DNA of 64,000 bases from Zygnema circumcarinatum SAG 698-1b (lineage: Eukaryota > Plantae > Zygnematophyceae): assembly GCA_037447605.1 (NCBI GenBank), contig CM074815.1, forward strand, positions 1,736,001 through 1,800,000. The letters run 5' to 3'. The position numbers and the translations under genes were made by a program. Each line of letters begins with the position of its first letter. The first letter of the stretch is position 1. Below the pieces are notes generated by a model, which was not told the DNA's origin, searched no databases, and saw nothing but the letters and a program-made list of their open reading frames with translations. Positions 9,482 to 20,184 of this stretch are shown here, piece by piece.

Positions 9482-12400
9482 ATGAGGACTTCTATGCGGC
9501 TTCTCCTCCTCCTGCGGAATGCACTGCCTCCTCCTCCGCCGCCATTGCCCCGAGATTTACTGCACGGCCTGCTGCAGCCACGGGTCCGTGCAGGAGGCCA
9601 TGGCTGGCGAGGCAGCTGCAGAGGGTGGCTCTGTGGTGCGCAAGCCCTACTGCTTCCAAAGGTGCTGTGTTGGACTAAAGCCGGAGGTTTTGGGGCTGCA
9701 AAGCGCACGCTCTGCTCGGCAGCTTCGAGAAGGTTGATGCATCCATCGGAGATACCTGTTCGCAGGCTGTTGAGAAGGTTTCCAGTGGATGTCGGCTGCT
9801 CTGTGCGGGTCAGTTTTGTTCAGTGTTTCAAACTTGGAAAAAAGTTTCAGATGTCAAATTGTAGATTTGTGTACATCATGAGGGTAAAGGAGGCACTCAA
9901 GCAGACTCTGAGAAGGCAATCAAGGGGAGTTGGGAATGGAGTGAACAATGGCTGAGAGAGCAAGGAAGGAAGGGAGCACGCAAGGACGTTTCTTTAGGAG
10001 CGAGCTTAAAGGGCATAGCTGAAGCTCCGTATAGTTGTAAGGAGTTGGCAAACCAAGTTAATCATTACAAGATGGAATGGCACAATGAACTGATCCATTG
10101 TGGGCATCACAGGTTGATGTGAGCGGCAGCACCTCCGTTGATGTGAATATTGGCGATGAATCAGAGCTCATAACCATTGAGGTGAGGAGTTTCTCTTCTT
10201 CTGATACTTTCTACCAAGAAAGTCTTGTTTCATTAGGTCCGCAAAAGTTAATCTCCAAAGCGGAGTGAAAGGTGAAATGTGATGGAACAACTCCATTTCT
10301 GGGTTTGGCATCCGTTTTAGGGCCAACCTCGATTTCACACCCCATATGTGTCAGCGCATTCACGTCTGTAATGTATCCCAAGCATTTTCTAATAAAAGCA
10401 TGACCTTTATCATTTGGGAATATCATAGACTCCTCATTTGAGTGTGCATATTCTTGTGATGTTGATCCTATAACAATAGAACCGAAGTGAGGGAATGAAT
10501 TGCAGTCAAGTGCGTTTCCTTAAAAAATTGAATGGGATAAAGCATCGTGAGCATATGTATAAACTGAGACCGGGCATTTTGCACTGATCTACTTGCTAGA
10601 TCTGTGAAATGCAGATCAGATGATGATGATGATGATAGACTGAATTTGACGTAAGGAAGCGTACTCTTCCAAGTGGTACTATGTTCTGAAACTTTGAGAC
10701 TCCTCCATTCAGAGCCAACCTCTGTGACACAGCAGGTTTCTATTGTTTATTCAGTTCCCAGCCTATAGTCTTCAATGAGTCAGAGCACCTAAACGACAAA
10801 GCTACTTTCATGAGCATGCATTCCCCCGAACCATGATCATCACAGCTTACTTGTGCAAACCAGATCTTTCTTCAACAATTTTGACTCGTAACTCATTACT
10901 AAGATGTTTCAGTTCACCAGGTTGTCTCTTACTGCTGTGGAGTGACCTTATTTTCTATTGAATTTTTTTTTTTTTTTTTTTTCGTGATCTTTCTAGAAGT
11001 GGAGCTTCCCTGACATGTTTCCTATGCTGGACTTTTCCAGGCAGAGTGGTTCAATCCTGAAGCAAGAGCTGAAAATACAGAACGCTATCTGCAGTTCTCA
11101 AGCACTCAGGACTCCGTCGGTGAGTAGGCAGTGCAGTCACATTCAATTAACACTCATTTGAAATGTTGGTTCTGCTATTCAGTCAAGACTATCCAATCAC
11201 CTGCTACTGACAATAACCTTTTGCGTCAGCTTCAGATTAAGCTTATAAGTGTAGGGATAGGTAGTTGTGTCCTTTTCTTGATGCATATCTCAAGTTCGGA
11301 ACTTTAGTGAAAGACTGCATAGGGGCTAACAGTGAGTTCAGGAAAGTTTCCCGGAAACTTACTGGTTTGTTCGATGTTGTGGCAGAGGTCCATGAACAGA
11401 ATGCTGACGGCAGCCAGTTGGAGCCTGACGTCATCAAAGTTTCCATCCCGGAACGTTGGTGTAATGTCGCTGTTCACACGTGGGAAGGGGCTGTCTCTAT
11501 TGCGAGTGTGGTACTACTTTCATCCCAATACCTCACTAGTCAGCGTCATAAAACTCAAACTCATCCTGAAATACCCCCTTACACCTGACAATACTGAGAT
11601 GCAGCTGTTCCTTACTGTTTCTCATATCACTTTGAGCACAGTTTTGATTGCGTATGGTCTTTTCTTCTATCCTTAACTGCCTACGCATGAACGAAGATGG
11701 TAGCATGGAGAGGATTCCCTGCTACCCCCTGCTTCCATAGCCTTCGTTTTTGTGCAGCTTCATGGTGTTGTTGGAATGCATGTAAATGTTGCAGTAAGTT
11801 TGGTTTGCGAGCACATTGCAGGTTGAGGCAAACTTGGAAGTGAAGACAGATGGTGGCAACGTTAAACTTGGTGAGCTTTTTCGCAATTCTTTGGAGTTTG
11901 AGTGTAGGGAAATATGCCCTTTCTTTTTTTGCAAACCATCCATTGCTCAAGCCCTGGGGTGGTAGCTTGAGCAGGGAAAGTGAAAGGTGCTTCCACGGTG
12001 ATCGACACAAATGGAGGCTCACTCGAAGCGAAGATGGTGAGAAAAAATTCACTTTGTCCATTTCTCAGCGTTCTGTTCAGAAAGTAAGCTCCCCCGAAGA
12101 ACAGATTTCAGATAATTTTTTTTTTTTTTTTTTTTTTTCAGATTTTTTTGCATGCTTTTATGCTGTGCTCAGCAGTCAGAGCCTTTGTTGCCCAACTTGG
12201 CACCCTTCCACGCTGATTTTTTACTGTATTTTCTCTCGTTAGATGTAATTGTGGCACAATCTTGTAGGACCTATCACTCATGTTTCATCCATTAACAAGT
12301 AAGCAGTCTATGTTTTATCAAGGTGGGATTTTCACTCATCCTAAGGGGGTTCTTTGGTGGTAGATTTTCTCTGCTTTACAAGCCAAAACCCACGGCGGGA

Positions 12401-14313
12401 AAGTTTCCCTGCAGCAAGTCTTGGGCAACGATGTGCTGATAGAGGCCGGAGGGGGAGAGGTGCATTTGGGCGCAATGTACGGTCAGAGTGAGCACTAGGG
12501 TTTTTGAAGCTCCCTGAACCCTTCATGATATCTATCTGTCTGCGGTTGCTAGTAACAACAAAGTAGTAGTAACCATCTAATTTTTTTCTCTTTCGTGGAG
12601 TTTGCCGAAGGGAAGGCCAAACACACTTTTACTTCGGTGCACTTTCTCGCCATGCTTTTGCTGACTAAAGAGATCGTTGTTTTTTTTTCGTATGGAAAGG
12701 ACGGAATATGTATGGTAGCACATCCACGTGATAGGCATTCTGGACGTTTTGTCTTTCATCTCCTTCTGGAGTCTCATATTTGCGCATACTCATGCAGATG
12801 TTTGGGCCGTTTGTGCAGGTTTGAAAGTTTTGGAGTGCCGAAGATTTGAGGCTTCCACACTCCGGTCAGAGTCTGTTGAGGTCAGCCCTAGCAGTGCTTA
12901 CGCTTGGACCTGCACCCCAGTTTTCAGAGCTATGCATGCGCATGCTGCCCACTAGAACAGAGGCAAGCAGTTGTTTTCTGCAGGGTATGGCATCATATTG
13001 GCCGCTACTTGTCTGTGTATCTGCAGATTGTGGCAGGAGAGGATGGAGTCGCCATAGGAGGCCTTGAAGGGTAATGCTCCACTACCATCGAATGCTCTCT
13101 TTCAACTTCTCTCCCTCTCTCTATCTCTTCCCCCCCGCCTTCGTTCTCCCTCTCTCATCCCTCGTCTCCTGTTCCTCTCTCCTCTTCTCACCCACTCCTC
13201 CAACCACCTTTCCTCTCCTCCACCTTCCTCTTTCTCTCTAACTTCTCCTCTCCTCTCTCCTCTCTACCCCTCCCCTCCGTGCCCCCCTTCCCGCTTTCTC
13301 CTTCCTCCTGCCCACTGTTGCTCATTTGGAGTCTGTATGAAGCTGGGTAATCTCGCATTGGCTTTTTCAATGTGCGAATACTGGGAGCTTGCTTTGGTTT
13401 CTGGCAGGTCCATTTGCATTCGCTCTGTTGGAGGTGATGTTGAGCTGCAACTACACGACAATGCCATAAAGGTGACTCTCATCTTTCCTTTTATCTCAGC
13501 AGTTTTTCCTCGGGAGTGGCTTCAGGAGGTCTATGAACTCAGCAAGATGGGGTTTCATTGCTTGGAGGTAGACAAGGGGAAGGCAAAGAAAGCATGTAAA
13601 GTTTGCCGAACTTTCCTTCATACAAACCCTAAAAGGTTCCTCAACAGGCCTGACTCTCTCCTTCAGCGATTCTTTCCTTACCTTTTTGCGCGAAATAACT
13701 ACGAAAGGGCTGCGGCTTTCTGTACTGCAGGTAGAAGTTTCAGCAGAAAGCGGCAATGTCACGGTTTTTCTGTCACCTTCATTGGCAGCGAAGGTGGGTC
13801 AACTGTCAGAGTTTCTCTGCCCGTCAACGTGGGCTCTCTTGAATCCGTGAGATAATTGACATCAAGAAGGTTGCATTCTTTTAGCTCACATGCTCAATCA
13901 AACCCATCCAATCACCATCAAGTCACCTCCAAGGCTGCTGCTTTCCCTGCCTCTTCCAACGGGTCGGTTTGCCCTCTAAAATCTGTATGCAGGTGGAGTA
14001 CTCGGGCAAGGGCCAATTCCACCACGACTTACCGCTCTCAATACTCTCTGAGGTCGCCAGCACCGCCCCCGCCTCCGCCTCTCCCCTTGAAGGAGAAGAA
14101 AGCGACTTCCATATTGTTTCGTTTGCGGCTGAAGCTGAGAGGATAGAGCCTTCAGCTCCTTCTGGCAGAGAGGAGAGGCGGGGAGAAGGCAGGCTCTGCT
14201 GCATCCGGGTGAAGGGAGGCGCAGGGGACCTGACAGTGAAGAAGAGGGGCTGGATGGAGGCCTTGGCAGCAAAGGCAGGCATGGCCCTTCCTGGGGGGAA
14301 GGGCACACCCTGA
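9482..14313 (+). CDS. Multi-exon hypothetical protein with an organelle-transit-peptide-like N-terminus
   Basis: R/L/A-rich first exon. Protein-like internal exons with GT-AG borders: AEWFNPEARAENTERYLQF, DAYLKFGTLVKDCIGANSEFRKVSRKLTGLFDVV...RWCNVAVHTWEG and VEYSGKGQFHHDLPL...GKGTP*. Exon chain not fully resolved; family not recognised. Confidence 0.55.
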
Positions 14314-14799
14314 CAGGAAAAGAAATACGGTTCACTTTCTTTGAATGTTGAAATACAATTTCAATGAACAAGAGTGGTGGGTTTCCGCTCTAAGAATGGC
14401 AGTCCATGAGTGCATGTACAGCCCTCCAGGAAGGACATTGAAGCCAGGAACAGCCCCCATCCATTATCTCTTCTTTTTCAAAAAGCCGATTCCCGAAAAT
14501 AGGAATCAACATCCTTTCATAGTCTTGAAGGAAAAGCCCCCTGAGCGCAGGGTCGTCAAAACGAATAAAGTGATTTCCCTAAGCTGATTCCCTAGACTTT
14601 GGCAAATACCCGTCTGTGAATACAATGATTGAAACAAAATAAGCATACGACTGCCTTGGACGTTCCAAACAAACTACAAAAATGTGAATGGAAGCCGTTT
14701 CCTTCCAGCCGGAACTACAGTAAGACTGAGTCAGGTAACTCAGCAATCCTGCTGATCCTCCAAACATTCTACAAACGATGAGCCGGCTGTCAGACAAGC

Positions 14800-16734
14800 C
14801 TATTTGCAAGCGAGTTCCAGTCTCGCTTCGTCAGGAAGAGTAGGGTTCCTGCAAATCTTCTGAATATCAACGTAGCCAATAAGAGCATCCGCGAAGTTAG
14901 CTCCTTCCAGGTTAGCGCCATCAAAGGTTGATCCCGACAAAACGGTATTGACGAACTGCACTCCTCGCATGTCAGAATTGTCGAAAGCCACTCTGTCGAC
15001 AACTGCGTTATTGAAGATCGTGCCTGGAGACAGGATGAACAGAGAGTAGTCAGTGCTGGCCGACTGGAAAGAACTCAAATAAATACTGAAATGGTTGCTA
15101 CGCAACTGAGGAACAGCGAGTAACTGTTTGCAGTCAATAACTGACAGGATTTGTGATCCCCAATCACACTCTAATTTTCAAACAGCTCAGATTGACCCCA
15201 AAGTTATAGCAGGGAATCTAGGAAGGTTTTTCGCTGGTTACAGTCATGACCGCCAGCTAATCATGGCGTGTCATGGTGAATGAATGCTCACTTCAAAATA
15301 AAAAAACCTACATTGGATTCAGACAGAAAGTAAATAAGAGTTCAATGCTACTGTGACGTAACTTAAACTCGCAAGTTCGCAAGGATGTACAAAGTGGACA
15401 AAAAATAGAACCGTCTCCACCGCCTCTTACTAATACATGCTCACAGTCCGCTTTCCTTCTGTCTTTTCCCTAGTTTGAATCTGCCGTTACAAGGTAAGTT
15501 GACATGCTCAATCAAAGCCTCTCCTCAGCCACTCAAACTCAGAGGGCATGTCTGCCTTGCCAGAAATTCAGCTTATCGGCCATGGTATCGAAGATTTGGT
15601 ATTAGGCGCAGTCTGCATTAAGACGTGCACACAAATATTAGCCCCGGAAAGTTCCCTTACCTTTGAAGCTAGCGCCGACGGCATAAGCCTTCGTCATAAC
15701 GACCTCTGTCAAGTCCGCGTTGTCAAAAATTGCGTCTGCCATCAGTGCAGAGGAAAGGGTTTTACCCTTCAAGTTGGTGGTATCATTGCTGAAATCACAA
15801 AAGCGAAGGTCTAGGAGCTTGTCTGCCACCCCATTTGCTTGGCCGATGGTGTTGCCGTCAAAGGCTTTCTCGCACCTGCTGGGATCTTTAGAGAGTGGCG
15901 GGAGACGGGCCTGGAAGGCAGCAAAAGCACACACACACAAAGCATGAGAGCACGAGATCAACGAACATCTTCCGAGGACTTGGTCGGCTTGAAAGTCACC
16001 AATGAAAACTGCAAACAAGTCCACAATGCATTATCTTCTCATTTAGAGGACTTTGGTTGACTTTCAGCGTCATGACAAGCACAACGAATGTCTACATTTG
16101 CGCAGAGATGACAGAGTGTCATTAATCTCCTGCCAAATAAGTAATTGTTAAGGCCAGGAATGGCAGCTTTAGGAAGTTCCTGCTTTTTCTGCTCTGCATG
16201 CTCACCTGAGACTTCGCAAGGGAGGGACCAGTTGACGCCAGGGTCAGAGCAACACACGCTCCACAAAAGAGATTGCGAAGGACCTTTCCTGTTGACTTCT
16301 CACTGTTGTCTGCTTCCCAGGCTGCAATGGAAAGTCGACCTTATCAGGTTCAGGAACATCTCGGTGCTGGCATTTCAGCCAGACATGGCGGACCAAGAAG
16401 AGGTACGAGACAATGTGACAGTGTGTGCGATCGCGGCGATTGTACAGATAAAACAGGGAGGGGCAGACAACTGGCAACTGCCGAGGGCACGTTCAGTTTA
16501 GAATTCGGATATCCATTTCAAGAGGTTAAGTGAGAATATTTTTTTCTAAAAAAGATGTTCATTGAGCCATGCAATATCCTTACAGCAGCTCGTTTTCGGG
16601 GAAATGCTGAGGGTGGAGGGAGCAGGCGCCGTTCCGGAGACGGAAAGATGCAAGCCAAGGAAGGGCGTCTTCTGCAACATCGGAAGGGAGCCATGCGACA
16701 GGCTGCAGGTGGCAGGGAGCGCCATGGCAGCCAT
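14800..16734 (-). CDS. TL17: Thylakoid lumenal 17.4 kDa pentapeptide-repeat protein (At5g53490-like)
   Basis: RLPPLSKDPSRCEKAFDGNTIGQANGVADKLLDLRFCDF...LKGKTLSSALM and NTVLSGSTFDGANLEGANFADALIGYVDIQKICRNPTL...LACK*; transit peptide MAAMALPATCSL in exon 1 (16734-16584). Confidence 0.93.
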
Positions 16735-17041
16735 AGCGGCAGAGGAGGACGGGGCGAGGGCGAGCGAGCACTGAGCAGGCGAGCACGCTTCCCTCCAAGG
16801 CATGCTTTCTAATATCGTATCGTATCGTCATTATCCCAAGGATAAATATCGTTACAGTGTCTTTGCGCATGGCGATACGATACGAAAGGATATTGCGGCA
16901 ATACCGGATATTGGCTCATAATGTTTAACAGATGGCATGGGTCTCAAGCTGGCGATGCCATCACGAGAATGGCATGGCATGGCATGGCATGGCAGAACGC
17001 ACTGTGGGAACCACGAGCCCAGCGCTCACTGAGGACCTCAA

Positions 17042-17110
17042 GATGGATGGATGGATGGATGGATGGATGGATGGATGGATGGATGGATGGATGGATGGAT
17101 GGATGGATGG
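17042..17110 (+). repeat. (GATG)n tetranucleotide microsatellite
   Basis: About 17 uninterrupted units; (ATGGC)n just upstream. Confidence 0.95.
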
Positions 17111-17599
17111 CTTCATGGACCTTCCGTCGCTCCCTCCGCGCGATGTGCCGCACATCGGTGACCTTCGCGGCTGCGACTCAGGCTTGAGTCGTTGTTCCAC
17201 TGAGGCGTAGTTTTCCGCTCCTAACTTCTTTCTTTTGTGCTAAGGTCCTTTGCGACCAGTTCTTCGTTGTTCCCCATGCTGATTATGTTGTCCATGCACA
17301 TTTGATGGCCTCGCCATCGTGAGATCACTGCCACTTCCCGCTCCTCTTCATAGAAGCACAAGCTTAAAACTTTTGTGACGTATAGCGTACGTCAGCAGAA
17401 GTACTGTACCGGCACCGCGGTACGTACGATTCCCAGATTTCGGTTAAAAGCCACGGACGGCATCGTAACCGCATTCGCACCCGAAAATGGGGTAAACTGT
17501 GTCTAAGAAAATGTCGACGATGGATCTCCTTCCACGTGGCGAGCAATGGAGCACGCGATCCGGCTGGCTCGGGCAGGAGAGCAACGGGAGGAAAAGATA

Positions 17600-18486
17600 G
17601 GGTAACTCTACTGCACCCCCGCGTTTTGTCTTTCGCACCCCCGTTTTGAAAAATTTTCCTGCCCGTTTTGGTTACCTCCCAGTTTTGAATATTTCGGGAA
17701 AAAATCTTTTTCCCACCCCTTTCGTCCCCTCCGCTGCCCCCTGTTGTGAAACGCGATAAAAATCAATGCATGATCGTTCGTTTATGTCAGTGGTTGCCTT
17801 TTAACGGTAAAGTTCATGGGTGGGTACCGGGAGGTGTTGAGTTCGGTTGTTGTCATTCCCCCTCCCTTCATTTTTTTTTGGACATTCCATCCCCTCGTTT
17901 TCTCCTTTTCACTATTGACTTCCAACAATGTGCGACAAAAGAAAAGGGGATTTGCATTGGTCTCAAGATGGTGAGGCCATCAAATAAACATGGACGAAGT
18001 CAACATGGGAACCACAAGAAATTAGTCGCAAATGAAACAAGCACAAAATAAAAAAACTAGGAACAAAAAACTAAACTAAACTAAACTTAAGTACAAAAAC
18101 GCAACCTTAAACACAACTGCAAAGGTCACCAATGTTGGGCAACTGTTACTCTCTGTTTTCAGGTTACCCCTAATTAAGGCAAGATCTTAAATTGTGGCCT
18201 GCTTGCTTGCAATTGGAACATTTTTTCCCTTCAACGTACTCGAAATAGCTCTTGTCCCGGCTGATTGCCAAACTGCGCGCGCCAGAAGGTCGACCTCGTT
18301 CCTTCATAACCGGGGGAGGGTTTTGCAACCGCAATGGTTCGAGGGGGGGCAGCGGAGGGGACTAAAGGGGCGGGAAAAAGATTTTTTCCCGAAATATTCA
18401 AAACTGGGGGATAACCAAAACGGGCAGGAAAATTTTTCAAAACGGGGGTGCGAAAGACAAAACGCGGGGGTGCAGTAGAGTTACCC
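17600..18486 (-). mobile_element. Non-autonomous Mutator-like (MULE) element, 887 bp
   Basis: 142-bp terminal inverted repeats (17600-17741, 18345-18486; 4 mismatches) starting GGGTAACTCTACTGCACCCCC; identical 8-bp flanks AAAAGATA (17592-17599, 18487-18494); internal transposase tail. Confidence 0.9.
18170..18346 (-). pseudogene. C-terminal fragment of a MULE-type transposase (GRP motif + CCHC knuckle)
   Basis: Hand translation: LEPLRLQNPPPVMKERGRPSGARSLAISRDKSYFEYVEGKKCSNCKQAGHNLRSCLN* (C-x2-C-x4-H-x4-C). Confidence 0.8.
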
Positions 18487-19652
18487 AAAAGATATTTGGC
18501 CACGTGGCAGTGACGTGGCGCTAGCGTACGGTCCGGCTCACAAGCGTATCGATCGTCGTCGTTGCGCGATCCATCGTCTCCTGTTGTCACGCTATGAAAG
18601 CAAGCCGAATATCGGCCTGGTTTGATATTGAGGCGTATCTCTACATCTCGATATATATCATGTCAATATCGATACAGATATATCGTATTGGATCTGGCTG
18701 ACAACCACGAGAAGATCGGGCAGCTGTTTGACCGTTGGATTGCCGCGTGGGAGATTCTCGGACTTTTCTCGAGGACACGCCACGTGTCCACACGCCTCCG
18801 TGTCACCACGCCGCTCTTTGCCAGTTCGCTGTCGCAAGCAAACTGAGATCTTCACAAGACTGCAACCATGGAAATGATACACGGAATTGCCCTAAGCATT
18901 ACCGTACGGTACGGCACCAAACCCGCTTCCGTGCAGCCGTGCTCCCAGGTGGACCCGCTCCACTGCCGGTTCCAACTTGTTGACCCCTCCAGTTGATCCG
19001 TTGACCCAGCGGCATCGGCGCTTTGCCGAGTTCAAACGCCCCCTGCTTTGCCTCCACTACCCTTGCTACCGTACTTGGCGGCCTTGGCGCTGCGGCCCTG
19101 CGGGTGTCCGTACCTTTGGTACATTCATACGGCTGCGCACTTCGAGCGCTCGATCCCACGCGTCCTGAACGCCTACAAGCTGCCACGAGACGCTTCCTGT
19201 TCTGCCACGTGGCCATTTCCCGAGGGCGCTTATCCGGCCCGCGATTTGCGGGCGGCAGCCAGTGAGGGCCACGGGCGTTTATCTGGGCGGGGCCGGGCCG
19301 GGCTGTCGGCCGACCAAAACTTTGGCCCTTCCTGCCCGCTGCCCGACCCTAGGCCCAGGCCTGTCTGGCTCTACGCGGCATGCATACGTCAGCTGTGTTT
19401 TTCGCCGCCGATAAACGACAGAGATCTGCCCCAGTTCAAAAGCGAACTTCATCCTCGCCGCAAATCCGTGCAGACTTCGTGCAAAATTTTCCCTCTTTTT
19501 CGCGAATGATGACTTTGTAAATCCTAACGACCCGAGTTGTTCCTCAGATTCGTATCGTATCGTATCGTACTCCGTCAGCGCCGGGCCCTCCCTCGTTCTT
19601 CTTCCCGGACGTACAGAGGACGTCCATTGACTGAGCAGGAGCACAAACAGCC

Positions 19653-19960
19653 ATGGCTGCATGGCCATGGCCATGGCCGAGCCCCGCCGCCGCCGTGGTG
19701 GGGGCCGCCCCGCGGGCCTCTCTGAAGGAGGAGGCCGGCAAGGCGCTGTTCGCGGCAGCTGCCGCGGCCTCGCTCTGCATCGCTTCTCCCGCCAATGCCG
19801 CGGTCGTGTTGATGGGAGCCAACGATGGCGCCTTCAAGTTCGTTCCCGGCGAGCTGACGGTGAAGGAGAGGAGATCGTGTTCTTGAACAACAGCGGATTC
19901 CCGCACAACGTTGTGTTTGACGAGGATGAGGTCCCCGAGGGAGTGAATGTGGATATGAGA
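19653..19960 (+). pseudogene. PETE: Plastocyanin pseudogene, frameshifted and 3'-truncated
   Basis: Thylakoid signal ending ASPANA, then [22 protein letters not shown]; frameshift at ~19863; continues [30 protein letters not shown]. No C-terminal YCxPHxGAGM copper-ligand segment found downstream. Confidence 0.85.
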
Positions 19961-20184
19961 GGTACTGTTCTATATGAGAGGTGAGTCAATTACTGGTGAT
20001 TGCTCAAGAAACCACATAAATTTTATTGTGAGCATACACACACAGCAGCTGCGCTGCTTCCAAAAAGTATTTCACCTTTTCCTTTTTGTTTATTCAATTC
20101 TTTCAGCTCTGTGTGCGCCTTCGGGCAGCTCCAAGGACCTTCCCAACATGGTACTGCAAAAGCTTTTGCGGGCTGATGCTGAAG

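Noticed and set aside
18900-19620. GTAC copper-response elements upstream of plastocyanin
   Set aside because: GTAC-rich tracts occur near most gene starts in this window (e.g. ~17400, ~34950, ~51970), so they are not specific.
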